DNA of 64,000 bases from an uncultured virus (IMG/VR IMGVR_UViG_3300006925_000013) (taxonomy: Duplodnaviria; Heunggongvirae; Uroviricota; Caudoviricetes): IMG/VR virus record IMGVR_UViG_3300006925_000013, positions 1 through 64,000 of that record; one strand, given 5' to 3'. Positions 1 through 8,083 of the stretch are shown here, piece by piece. Positions within the stretch are counted from its first letter, which is position 1. Each line of letters opens with the position of its first letter. The notes under the pieces are model-generated. The model was not told the origin of the DNA. It was given only the letters and a program-made list of their open reading frames with translations, and made no database searches. A program made the position numbers and the translations under genes.

Positions 1-1
1 T

Positions 2-136
2 ATGAGTGTGGAAGATTATGAACTCATAGAACCAGTGGTTGAAAGAACTAATATGATGACAGGTAAGAAATTTACCGAGTCAATCAATACGCCTCATTAT
101 ATGAGTCCAAGTTCTGAAAGTTACTGGAGTGCATAA
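2..136 (+). CDS. hypothetical phage protein, probably the 3' end of a gene starting before the window
   Basis: Open frame MSVEDYELIEPVVERTNMMTGKKFTESINTPHYMSPSSESYWSA* ending just before the tRNA; below ORF-track cutoff. Confidence 0.55.
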   Translation: MSVEDYELIEPVVERTNMMTGKKFTESINTPHYMSPSSESYWSA

Positions 137-144
137 TAAAATGT

Positions 145-219
145 GCCCCGTTCGTCTAGTGGTTAGGACACCGGGTTTTCATCTCGGCAACAGGAGTTCG
201 ACTCTCCTACGGGGTACCA
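145..219 (+). tRNA. tRNA-Glu(TTC)
   Basis: Acceptor stem GCCCCGT/ACGGGGT, D arm, anticodon arm CCGGG-TTTTCAT-CTCGG, T loop GTTCGACT, encoded CCA. Confidence 0.95.
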
Positions 220-340
220 ACTAAATAGCGACAAGTAGAGGAGTGTCTTCCGGGTGCCCGGTGTTATACCTCCAAAATCACATAACATAATTTGCCAGTC
301 AATTTTATAATAGTTAAGTGACTTTAAATAAAAACTATAG

Positions 341-368
341 AAGGCGAGTTTTACATTCGCCTTTTTTT
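341..368 (+). terminator. intrinsic terminator
   Basis: AAGGCGA...TCGCCTT hairpin followed by a T run. Confidence 0.75.
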
Positions 369-376
369 ATGACAGC

Positions 377-383
377 ATAAATA
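377..383 (+). promoter_or_regulatory. T4-like late promoter ATAAATA (example; recurs near 1266, 4226, 6127, 6728, 7576, 11923, 18190, 22816, 29289, 29684, 35469, 40131, 61229 and on minus at 6719, 40117, 62513)
   Basis: (G/T)ATAAATA recurs in intergenic gaps just upstream of genes; resembles the T4 gp55 late promoter TATAAATA. Confidence 0.7.
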
Positions 384-388
384 CTAGC

Positions 389-625
389 ATGTCAGATAAG
401 TTGGAAAAGATAATTGGTAAGATTGTCATGGACCTAATGCTTGAAGCACATGCCAAAGGCATTGCATTAAGTTATGAAGACATTTGTAAAATGGTAGGCA
501 TACCTGAACAAGACATCACAGACAGTAACGCATATTTCACAATAAACGACGAGTTCATTGATGCCGTATCTGACAAAGATGTTAGGGAGGCTATGATAGA
601 AAGAGCCTTCTCTACTTTACACTAG
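389..625 (+). CDS. hypothetical protein
   Basis: ORF 5 nt after late promoter. Confidence 0.7.
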   Translation: MSDKLEKIIGKIVMDLMLEAHAKGIALSYEDICKMVGIPEQDITDSNAYFTINDEFIDAVSDKDVREAMIERAFSTLH

Positions 626-633
626 AGAAAATT

Positions 634-843
634 ATGCCAAAGAAAGAACAGAGTCTAGACTCTATACAAAAGCGACAACAAACATATGATGAAAAATGGG
701 GACCATATCAATTACATAAAAGGCATTGCAAAGCATGTAAAAAGACTTTTAAGTGGGCAGGCAGAGCCAAAACAAAAGGCTTCTTACGAGCAATGTTTAA
801 CAAAAACTGCGAAGCCTGTGTTAAAGAATCCCTCAGTATTTAA
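634..843 (+). CDS. small CxxC...CxxC zinc-ribbon-like protein
   Basis: CKAC and CEAC motifs; GAGA upstream. Confidence 0.55.
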   Translation: MPKKEQSLDSIQKRQQTYDEKWGPYQLHKRHCKACKKTFKWAGRAKTKGFLRAMFNKNCEACVKESLSI

Positions 844-1273
844 AGTTGGATTAATATTATTTGGTGCTTTGGTAGTGAGCAGACTTTTACCATTGCCACC
901 AAACAGCGAACCACTATTAGGTTTAGCAGTTCTAACACCTTACTTAACTAAAAACAACCTAGCATTCTTATTACCATTAGGTGTAATGTTTGTGAGTGAT
1001 TTGTTTATAGGTTTCCATAACAGTATGTTAATGACTTATTCAGCATTAGCATTAACACCCTTCATTAGCAAAATGCTAGACAGCAAGTATGTGTCATTAT
1101 TAAGCAGTTGGTTAGTATGGCATGTAATGGCAAACGCAGGCCAATGGTTCCCTCCATTTAGTCCAGAAGCATTGTTATTTGATATTAGATTTTTAATAAG
1201 TGGATTGTCTATTGTTGTACTTTTTGATGTAGTACAAAAAATGACTTCAACTAATTTACAGTATTATAAATAA
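818..1273 (+). CDS. DUF6580/BtuM-like membrane protein (solitary ECF S-component type, putative cobalamin transporter)
   Basis: SRLLPLPPNSEP...LLPLGVMFVSDLFIGF...Y pattern, several TM segments; likely GTG start at 818 rather than 686. Confidence 0.55.
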   Translation: MLKNPSVFKVGLILFGALVVSRLLPLPPNSEPLLGLAVLTPYLTKNNLAFLLPLGVMFVSDLFIGFHNSMLMTYSALALTPFISKMLDSKYVSLLSSWLVWHVMANAGQWFPPFSPEALLFDIRFLISGLSIVVLFDVVQKMTSTNLQYYK

Positions 1274-1282
1274 CACTACTAA

Positions 1283-1358
1283 GGGGCCATAGTTCAGTTG
1301 GGAGAACGTCTGGTTTGCAACCAGAAGGTCCGGGGTTCGAATCCCCGTGGCTCCACCA
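1283..1358 (+). tRNA. tRNA-Ala(TGC)
   Basis: GGGGCCA/TGGCTCC acceptor with G3:U70 Ala identity pair, anticodon arm TCTGG-TTTGCAA-CCAGA, GTTCGAAT, CCA. Confidence 0.95.
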
Positions 1359-1367
1359 GGTATTAAT

Positions 1368-1736
1368 ATGGAATTTAACATTTTATTTTGGCTTTTTACT
1401 AAACATATAATTGCAGATTATTATATGCAATATCCTTGGATGTTCAAGTACAAAGGTACATATGGACACATTGGTGGACTTGCTCATGCAAAACTACACG
1501 GCTTGTTTACTTTTATTGTACTACTAAATTTTGCAAACCCATTAACAGCATTTGTATTAGGTGCCATAGATGCAATATTACATTATCACATAGACTATGC
1601 AAAGAACAAATTATGGGAAAGATTTCCAACTAATCCTTCTGAACAAAAGTATTGGGTAATACACGGAACAGATCAATTAGCACATGGCATGACATATTTC
1701 TTATTAGTACATCTATTGGTCCATGGGCATGTTTGA
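1368..1736 (+). CDS. DUF3307-like membrane protein
   Basis: KHIIADYYMQ, HAKLHG, HYHIDYAK, DQLAH His pattern; start moved to ATG 1368 outside the tRNA. Confidence 0.7.
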   Translation: MEFNILFWLFTKHIIADYYMQYPWMFKYKGTYGHIGGLAHAKLHGLFTFIVLLNFANPLTAFVLGAIDAILHYHIDYAKNKLWERFPTNPSEQKYWVIHGTDQLAHGMTYFLLVHLLVHGHV

Positions 1737-2355
1737 AAAGTTAGTTGAATATATAGAAAACACAGACCTCACAGTTCTCGAAGGAGCAACTATAGAGTAT
1801 GAACCACATCAATATAAATTAATAGTGCTAGAAGATGTTCTTAGTGATGAAGAAATAGAATATGCTAAAGAAGTATACGATGCACCAACAACAAAAAGAT
1901 ACGATGTGTATGCACACCCACCTGAAACACATAAAATACACAGGCAAAGAGCAGACTTTTCTGATATACATGAAATCAGTTTAGAGTTACAAAAAACAAT
2001 AGACTCTATTAAAGCAAAGTTTGATTTAAATGGCTTGGGTATTCCTAGTACAAGCATGTGGCAAGACTCACCAGGCTTTGAATTGTTTCCGCATTGTGAT
2101 CAAAAAGTTTTAAATGTAACTATGCAAATATATTTAGATAATGATTGCGATGAAAGATGTGGCACAACATTTCTAAAGCCAGTATTCGAAAGTGAACACG
2201 GCGAAGAATTATTAACAACCTATTATGGAAAAGGTAACGGTTATATATTGTTAAACACAAATAAAGAAATGCATGGTATGATGACACCTGTTCCAGAAGG
2301 ACAAAAACGAACCAGTTTATACATTGTATTCGGCAAAAGCGAGGTAATTAACTAG
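1723..2355 (+). CDS. 2OG-Fe(II) oxygenase-like protein
   Basis: HxD (PHCD), MQIYL, GTTF, distal H (MHG), RxS. Confidence 0.65.
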   Translation: MGMFEKLVEYIENTDLTVLEGATIEYEPHQYKLIVLEDVLSDEEIEYAKEVYDAPTTKRYDVYAHPPETHKIHRQRADFSDIHEISLELQKTIDSIKAKFDLNGLGIPSTSMWQDSPGFELFPHCDQKVLNVTMQIYLDNDCDERCGTTFLKPVFESEHGEELLTTYYGKGNGYILLNTNKEMHGMMTPVPEGQKRTSLYIVFGKSEVIN

Positions 2356-2356
2356 T

Positions 2357-2575
2357 ATGACAAGCAAAACACAAATGACTAAAAAGCAATTGATTGATGC
2401 TTTGTCTTCTGCTGAGCAACGCATAGCAGAATTAGAAACACAGGTTGATGTATTAGAAAAAGAAAAAGTTCATATAGGTGCTAAATTATTAGACGATGAA
2501 CAATCAAATATGGTCAACATTCTTAAATCTAAAATAGAAGAGTTAGAGAAACAAAATAAGTTAGATGAAAAATAA
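2357..2575 (+). CDS. hypothetical coiled-coil protein
   Basis: Tiles operon; heptad-like. Confidence 0.65.
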   Translation: MTSKTQMTKKQLIDALSSAEQRIAELETQVDVLEKEKVHIGAKLLDDEQSNMVNILKSKIEELEKQNKLDEK

Positions 2576-2885
2576 CATAGTCGACTTGACTGCTTACAGA
2601 GAAAAACTTAAGGCGGCTGAACTCGGTAACGACACTCTATTTGAAGAAACAATAGATGATGTCACAAGAGATCTAACAAAGTTTATGGTTCACTTAGGCA
2701 TGGACTTGGATGTGGATATTACACATGAAAGTTTTGCTGTTTATTGTAGTACTGCCGTTGGCTATTACAAAAAAGCATTACGAGTAGCATATGGTTTAGA
2801 AGATTATAAATCAGAGTTGTCCAATTCAGATGCAACTATATGGGATTTAATAGAGGATATAAACAATAACAAAGATGATGAATAA
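2565..2885 (+). CDS. hypothetical protein
   Basis: Overlapping starts/stops with neighbours. Confidence 0.65.
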   Translation: MKNNIVDLTAYREKLKAAELGNDTLFEETIDDVTRDLTKFMVHLGMDLDVDITHESFAVYCSTAVGYYKKALRVAYGLEDYKSELSNSDATIWDLIEDINNNKDDE

Positions 2886-3864
2886 GAAAACTGAACAAGC
2901 AAATTTAAAAAAGTTAATACTTGATTATAACAGAAAGCCTGTGTTGTCTCCTGCATTTGAAAAACTGCTAGACAGTTACATCAAAAGCGGAAAGTACATG
3001 TCAGTTGAAAAACTGCAAGTGCTACGAAATGATATAGTACAGAACTTAGTTGAGTACGCCAACAAATACAAAATAAGCAACGTCTGTGTTGGACTCAGTG
3101 GAGGCATAGATAGTGCCTTAACTGCAAGTTTATTTAGAGATGCAGGCTATCATGTAATTGGTGTAACAATGCCTATTAATCAAATAGAAGATGAAACAGA
3201 CAGAGGCTTTGAAACAGCAAAGGCACTAGGCATAGACCACAGACATATTGATTTAACAGAAGCATACGAAAGTTTGCTTCAACAAGAATATAAAATTGAT
3301 GCTAGTTTAATCAGCAATGATCACTCTAGTAAGATTAGAAAAGGAAACATTCGAGCCAGATTGCGTATGATTACGTTGTACAATCTTGCTGGTGCGAGTC
3401 AAGGCTTTGTAGCAAGTACTGATAATTTTTCAGAACTAGCCGCAGGGTTTTGGACACTACACGGAGACGTGGGCGATGTATCGCCAATACAATCATTAAG
3501 TAAGAGTTGGGAAGTTCCTGCTCTTGCTGAAATGCAAGGTGTACCCGATAGTGTCGTGTTTGCTGTTCCAACAGATGGATTAGGAATATCTAGTTCAGAC
3601 GAGGATCAGTTTGGGTTCAGTTATCTTGAATTTGATTTAGCCTTATTCAAGTTACTGGAAAATGTAGACGGAGTGGAGTTCGAAAATACCATATCAGATA
3701 TTGCCGGATTCAAAGATGTAAAGGACAAATTAATAGTAGAAGAGGTCGCAAGTAGAATTAGAGGCACAACATACAAGAGATTCAATCCTTATAATCTTGC
3801 ACATACGTTTGAAAAAGATCGATATGATCTACTAGATAAACTAGATAACCAATTGAGGAGATAA
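2875..3864 (+). CDS. nadE: NH3-dependent NAD+ synthetase
   Basis: GLSGGIDS PP-loop, GNIRARLRM, TDNFSE...GFWTLHGD, PTDGL...DEDQFG. Confidence 0.9.
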   Translation: MMNKKTEQANLKKLILDYNRKPVLSPAFEKLLDSYIKSGKYMSVEKLQVLRNDIVQNLVEYANKYKISNVCVGLSGGIDSALTASLFRDAGYHVIGVTMPINQIEDETDRGFETAKALGIDHRHIDLTEAYESLLQQEYKIDASLISNDHSSKIRKGNIRARLRMITLYNLAGASQGFVASTDNFSELAAGFWTLHGDVGDVSPIQSLSKSWEVPALAEMQGVPDSVVFAVPTDGLGISSSDEDQFGFSYLEFDLALFKLLENVDGVEFENTISDIAGFKDVKDKLIVEEVASRIRGTTYKRFNPYNLAHTFEKDRYDLLDKLDNQLRR

Positions 3865-3867
3865 ACC

Positions 3868-4155
3868 ATGGAAAATTCAATCATAGGTATAGTTGTTGTA
3901 GTAGCGATTGTTGGATTTGTTGTTTACCAATCATTTTTTAAGAAAGATGATGTAGTAGAAAGCAAACCTACACCTGCTCCTGCACCGGCACCTGCACCAA
4001 AGGCTCCTGCTAAACCTAAAGTTCCTACTGCGGCAGAACTTAATAAAAAGACTAAAGCAGAATTAGAACTATTAGCAAGAGAAAATGGTGTTGAACTAGA
4101 TTTGCGTAAGAAAAAAGCAGACCTAGTGAAAGAAGCCAGAGCATCTTTCAAGTAA
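3868..4155 (+). CDS. membrane-anchored protein with Pro-Ala linker and Rho_N/HeH-like C-terminal domain
   Basis: N-terminal TM helix, PAPAPAP, ELNKKTKAELELLARENGVELDLRKKKADLV. Confidence 0.6.
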   Translation: MENSIIGIVVVVAIVGFVVYQSFFKKDDVVESKPTPAPAPAPAPKAPAKPKVPTAAELNKKTKAELELLARENGVELDLRKKKADLVKEARASFK

Positions 4156-4180
4156 GCAATACAAGGACCAAGTATTCAAT

Positions 4181-4207
4181 AAGCAGGCCTAGTGCCTGCT
4201 TTCCTTT
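4181..4207 (+). terminator. probable intrinsic terminator
   Basis: AAGCAGGC-CTAGT-GCCTGCTT then T-rich. Confidence 0.6.
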
Positions 4208-4237
4208 GGCTGTGATTTATACACGATAAATACTGCT

Positions 4238-6091
4238 ATGCTAAACTTATATCTGTGCCAACCTAACTTTAGATTTGGTATTGCAGGAAAAACTGGTTAC
4301 TGGATTCCTTACAGCATTGGCTGTTTATGGAGTTATGCTAGTCAGTTTGATGATATAAAAGAAAATGTAGATCTCAAAGACATAATATTCCGCAGAGAAA
4401 ATGTAGATACTCTAGTTGATAGACTAGAAGACCCAGACATAATAGCATTTAGTTGTTACATGTGGAACTGGGAATGGAGCAAAGCAGTTGCTCAAAAAGT
4501 CAAACAAAAATATCCTAAATGCAAAATAGTATTTGGTGGCCCACAAGTTACTGATAGACCAGATGAAGAAGAATTCTTTAAGCATCACAAGTATGTAGAC
4601 TCAATTAGTTTAGCAGAAGGCGAATTAAGTTTTACAGATATATTACGAAATCTAATCAACGGCAAACTAATAGAAAAAATATATAACTATCCAAGACTAA
4701 CAGAATTAGACATACCAAGTCCTTACTTAACAGGTGTGTTTGAAAAGATTATAGCAGACAATCCAGGCGTACTATGGAATGGCACATTAGAAACTAATCG
4801 TGGCTGTCCATTTGCTTGTACATTCTGTGACTGGGGTGGCTTAACATATAGTAAACTTAAAAAGTTTCCTGAAGAAAAAGTATTACAAGAACTACATTGG
4901 ATGGCACATAACAAAATGGATTATGTAACAATAGCAGACGCAAACTTTGGTGTGTTTACAGATAGAGATATGAAGTTTACAGAAGAACTTGTAGCATTAC
5001 AAAAAGAGTTTGGCTATCCACAGGTTGTTGATGCCACATGGTATAAGAACAGTTCAGAAGAGATAATGGAAATTGTTAAGAAGTTTATCAGCAGTGGCTT
5101 CAATAGAGGACTAACTTTAAGTGTACAAAGTATGGACATGGATGTACTAGAAGAAATTAAAAGACGTAACATGGAGTTTAGTAATCTCAAACACATATTT
5201 GATATATGTAATAGAGAACAGATACCTAGTTACACAGAACTTATACTAGGCTTACCCAAAGAAACATTTGAAAGTTGGAGTAAAGGTTTATGTGATGTAA
5301 TTGAAATGGGTCAACACAATGCTATTGAAAGTTGGTTAGCACAATTACTAGAGAACGCACACCTTAATACACCTGAGCAAAGAGCAGAACACGAAATAGA
5401 CACGATAGTTGTGAAAGATTATATATCAGGCTTTGAGGAAGAAGATGGCATCAGCGAAAGTGTCACGTTAGTCCGCGGAACTAAGGACATGCCGATGCCT
5501 AAGTTTATAGACAGTTGGATGTATGCTTGGATGATCAATAATTTTCACAACTACGGCTGGACACAGATCATCAGCAGGTTCCTACGCAAGTATAAAGATA
5601 TGAGTTACTTGGAGTTTTATAATAGACTGTGGACACTTATACAAGAAGACGATGGTTATGTTAAGCAGTTATTTGACACAGCAAAAGCACAACTCACAGA
5701 ATACTTAGAGACAGGTATTGCTGATGGCTTTAGTGGACATACACTTATGTGGTCAGCACAAAGCGACTTTCACAAGGAGCCACTAAAAATATTTCAGTTC
5801 ATTGATAAGCATTACAGTAGAGAATGGTTAGACTTGCCAGAGAAGTATTACCCACAACTTATGAAACTACAAACGTTTTATGTTAGCCACCTAACTGTAT
5901 CTTATCCAACACAAATGAATTTTGGATATAACTTTTTAGAATACATCAATGATGAGGACTCAGAATTATTAAAAGACAAAACAGAATACACCTTAGATTT
6001 AATCATGCCATGCGACAGTGAAGAAGAATACTTAGACAGAATGTATTACAAAAGAAGACAAGGTTGGGGCAAAGTTTTGTTTTCCACTTAA
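4238..6091 (+). CDS. B12-binding radical SAM protein
   Basis: N-terminal B12-binding-like domain (FSCYMWN, VFGGPQ, EGE); ETNRGCPFACTFCDW; ADANFG. Confidence 0.85.
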   Translation: MLNLYLCQPNFRFGIAGKTGYWIPYSIGCLWSYASQFDDIKENVDLKDIIFRRENVDTLVDRLEDPDIIAFSCYMWNWEWSKAVAQKVKQKYPKCKIVFGGPQVTDRPDEEEFFKHHKYVDSISLAEGELSFTDILRNLINGKLIEKIYNYPRLTELDIPSPYLTGVFEKIIADNPGVLWNGTLETNRGCPFACTFCDWGGLTYSKLKKFPEEKVLQELHWMAHNKMDYVTIADANFGVFTDRDMKFTEELVALQKEFGYPQVVDATWYKNSSEEIMEIVKKFISSGFNRGLTLSVQSMDMDVLEEIKRRNMEFSNLKHIFDICNREQIPSYTELILGLPKETFESWSKGLCDVIEMGQHNAIESWLAQLLENAHLNTPEQRAEHEIDTIVVKDYISGFEEEDGISESVTLVRGTKDMPMPKFIDSWMYAWMINNFHNYGWTQIISRFLRKYKDMSYLEFYNRLWTLIQEDDGYVKQLFDTAKAQLTEYLETGIADGFSGHTLMWSAQSDFHKEPLKIFQFIDKHYSREWLDLPEKYYPQLMKLQTFYVSHLTVSYPTQMNFGYNFLEYINDEDSELLKDKTEYTLDLIMPCDSEEEYLDRMYYKRRQGWGKVLFST

Positions 6092-6136
6092 AACACCATA
6101 AAACTTAACTGATGTGTTAATTAATGATAAATAATC

Positions 6137-6334
6137 GTTGGAAGATTATTGGTCTCTTCCGCAACAGGACGGTTGATTGATTGTCGGTTGTAGTGGTATG
6201 TATTCACTGTAGGTCTCATTAAGAAGATACAACAAAACGAAATCACAAAAGTTAAGGAACTTTAACCCCTGAGCATGGTTCGTAAGAACATGTGAACGAC
6301 TAGTGCTAATTGTTATTTAGACTAGGAGAAAAAT
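6137..6334 (+). ncRNA. candidate structured 5' leader or ncRNA
   Basis: About 200-nt non-coding tract between late promoter and ORF with about five stem-loops including a GTAA tetraloop and a stem reaching the SD. Confidence 0.4.
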
Positions 6335-6520
6335 ATGACAACAGATACAATTAAAAGTTTTGTTTCTGGAACCTTTACAAATTTACCAACATCCTTTGAA
6401 AACTTCAAAGAGAAGTATTGTCCAGACGGACAGACGTGCAATGATATTGCCACGTTTGGAGGCTTAGCCTTTATGGTCTGGTTTATGTACCTCGCTATGG
6501 AACCTATCATTAGATTCTAA
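6335..6520 (+). CDS. small membrane protein (CxxxxxC then TM helix)
   Basis: AGGAG SD, C-terminal hydrophobic helix. Confidence 0.7.
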   Translation: MTTDTIKSFVSGTFTNLPTSFENFKEKYCPDGQTCNDIATFGGLAFMVWFMYLAMEPIIRF

Positions 6521-6563
6521 GTAAATACTCTTGCCCAGAGCAAAGGTTTATTAACAGAGACAC

Positions 6564-6593
6564 AAGGCCTCACTTCATGTGGGGCCTTTCTTT
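6564..6593. terminator. terminator hairpin between convergent micro-ORFs
   Basis: AAGGCCTCAC-TTCAT-GTGGGGCCTT then TCTTT. Confidence 0.65.
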
Positions 6594-6693
6594 ATATAAG
6601 CAGAATGCCTATAATAAATCCTATGTTGAGTCCTATAGAACAGACCAACAACATATCTTTCTTAAAAGAATACGGAACTAATTCAGTTACCAT
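6592..6693 (-). CDS. 33-aa hydrophobic micro-protein MVTELVPYSFKKDMLLVCSIGLNIGFIIGILLI
   Basis: Minus-strand AGGAG SD and GATAAATA promoter upstream; not in ORF track. Confidence 0.6.
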   Translation of the reverse strand: MVTELVPYSFKKDMLLVCSIGLNIGFIIGILLI

Positions 6694-6718
6694 TAAATTA
6701 CTCCTACAGTAATATTCT

Positions 6719-6734
6719 TATTTATCGATAAATA
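6719..6734. promoter_or_regulatory. palindromic back-to-back late promoters TATTTATCGATAAATA
   Basis: Perfect 16-bp palindrome equal to GATAAATA on both strands, between divergent ORFs. Confidence 0.65.
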
Positions 6735-6759
6735 CTAGCATAATTAGGTAGGAGTAATT

Positions 6760-7575
6760 ATGACAGTAGAAAACAAACTTATTAGTGATAATCTGGAAGA
6801 GATATCACAAGCCAAAGTAATGGCACGTTTGGCAGGACGCAGTTACCTAGACCCCGATGACCCTGAAAGAAAAAAGAAAAGACCTCCTGGATTTGGCAAA
6901 AAGAATCCAGTGTTCGTTTCTGTAGAGAATGCCCAAGCATGGGTATACTATGGAGCAGGTAAAATAGTTGTAGCATGTAGAGGGACAGAGCCAACTCAGT
7001 TCGCTGATGTTCTAGCAGACTTAAAGACTATTCCTGTAAGACACGATAGAAATGGTATGGTTCATTCAGGATTTTGGGAAGAGGCTAACAAAGTCTACCC
7101 AGGCATTCTAGAGGCAGTAAAGGCCGGTAGAAAGAAAGACGAAAAAGTATATGTATGTGGGCACAGTTTAGGCGGTGCTATGGCAGTTTTAGTAGCAGAA
7201 ATGTTATGCCACGACAAGATACCTGTTGAAGAACTTAGAACTTTTGGACAACCAAGAGTAGGAACAAGGAAGTTTAGAAGACATTTAGAAGGTTGTAAAA
7301 TAGGTTCATACCACAGATATGTAAATAACAACGACATTGTGCCTAGAGTACCACCTGCATTGTTTGGATTTGTACATGGTGGCAAACTAATGTACATCAA
7401 TAGTTATGGTAATATTAGAAACTCGACTATATGGCAAAGAATCAAAGACGGTTGGAGAGGCTTTTGGGCCGCATGTAAACAGTTTAAGTTCTTTGATTTT
7501 GTAGCAGATCACGGTATGCCACATTATATTCAGCATGTAGATAACCTAGATGAAGAGTCTCCGCAAGGTAAGTAG
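6760..7575 (+). CDS. class 3 lipase (alpha/beta hydrolase)
   Basis: VACRGTE, VHSGF, GHSLGGA nucleophile elbow, TFGQPRVG, NNDIVPRVPP, DH. Confidence 0.9.
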   Translation: MTVENKLISDNLEEISQAKVMARLAGRSYLDPDDPERKKKRPPGFGKKNPVFVSVENAQAWVYYGAGKIVVACRGTEPTQFADVLADLKTIPVRHDRNGMVHSGFWEEANKVYPGILEAVKAGRKKDEKVYVCGHSLGGAMAVLVAEMLCHDKIPVEELRTFGQPRVGTRKFRRHLEGCKIGSYHRYVNNNDIVPRVPPALFGFVHGGKLMYINSYGNIRNSTIWQRIKDGWRGFWAACKQFKFFDFVADHGMPHYIQHVDNLDEESPQGK

Positions 7576-7604
7576 ATAAATACTATTACAAATAGGAGAT
7601 CAAA

Positions 7605-7769
7605 ATGGATAAACTTAAAGATTGGATATTTGACAGAACACAAGAGAGAACCAGTTGGGACGGTGCAGTCCTAATAGGTGGTGGTATTGTAATGATACTA
7701 ATACCAACAAGTTTAATAGGTTGGGGCATGATTGCATATGGTGCCTGGACAATTTATAAAGAGGAATAA
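7605..7769 (+). CDS. 54-aa two-TM membrane protein (ERTSWDG motif)
   Basis: AGGAG SD, late promoter at 7576; below ORF-track cutoff. Confidence 0.7.
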   Translation: MDKLKDWIFDRTQERTSWDGAVLIGGGIVMILIPTSLIGWGMIAYGAWTIYKEE

Positions 7770-7770
7770 G

Positions 7771-8082
7771 ATGAGTCACTATACATTAGCAACGCCATTA
7801 GATACATGGCAAAAGATTAGAGATGACATGGTTGCAAAAGGGGTAGACCCTGATGTAGCATTAGCGGCCGCTAAAGAAACACCAGCGGCAACTGGTAATA
7901 CACCCGTTGATGAAACAGAATACAAGTGTATTTTTTGCAGAGACGTTAGTGGTACTATTACACAGTACTTTGAGCATATTGAAAATGGAACATTGCACAA
8001 AGCAACTGGATACGATGCAAGTACTTTAGCAGATTCAGATCTAACTAGAGAAGAAATAGAAACCTTAGACGCAACATACTAA
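7771..8082 (+). CDS. hypothetical protein
   Basis: ATG right after previous stop, GAGG SD. Confidence 0.65.
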   Translation: MSHYTLATPLDTWQKIRDDMVAKGVDPDVALAAAKETPAATGNTPVDETEYKCIFCRDVSGTITQYFEHIENGTLHKATGYDASTLADSDLTREEIETLDATY

Positions 8083-8083
8083 G

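Noticed and set aside
297..340. preQ1-I riboswitch-like stem with A-rich tail (also 35529-35556)
   Set aside because: Lacks the conserved loop U and ligand-pairing C arrangement and is not upstream of que genes.
686..817. N-terminal extension of the BtuM-like ORF
   Set aside because: Overlaps the 634-843 gene and is hydrophilic; the family-like sequence begins near GTG 818.
1347..1367. ORF-track start of the DUF3307 gene
   Set aside because: Falls inside tRNA-Ala; ATG 1368 is more plausible.
6137..6334. Cobalamin riboswitch next to the B12 radical SAM
   Set aside because: No recognisable B12-box or GGGAA core, and it lies downstream of the radical SAM gene.
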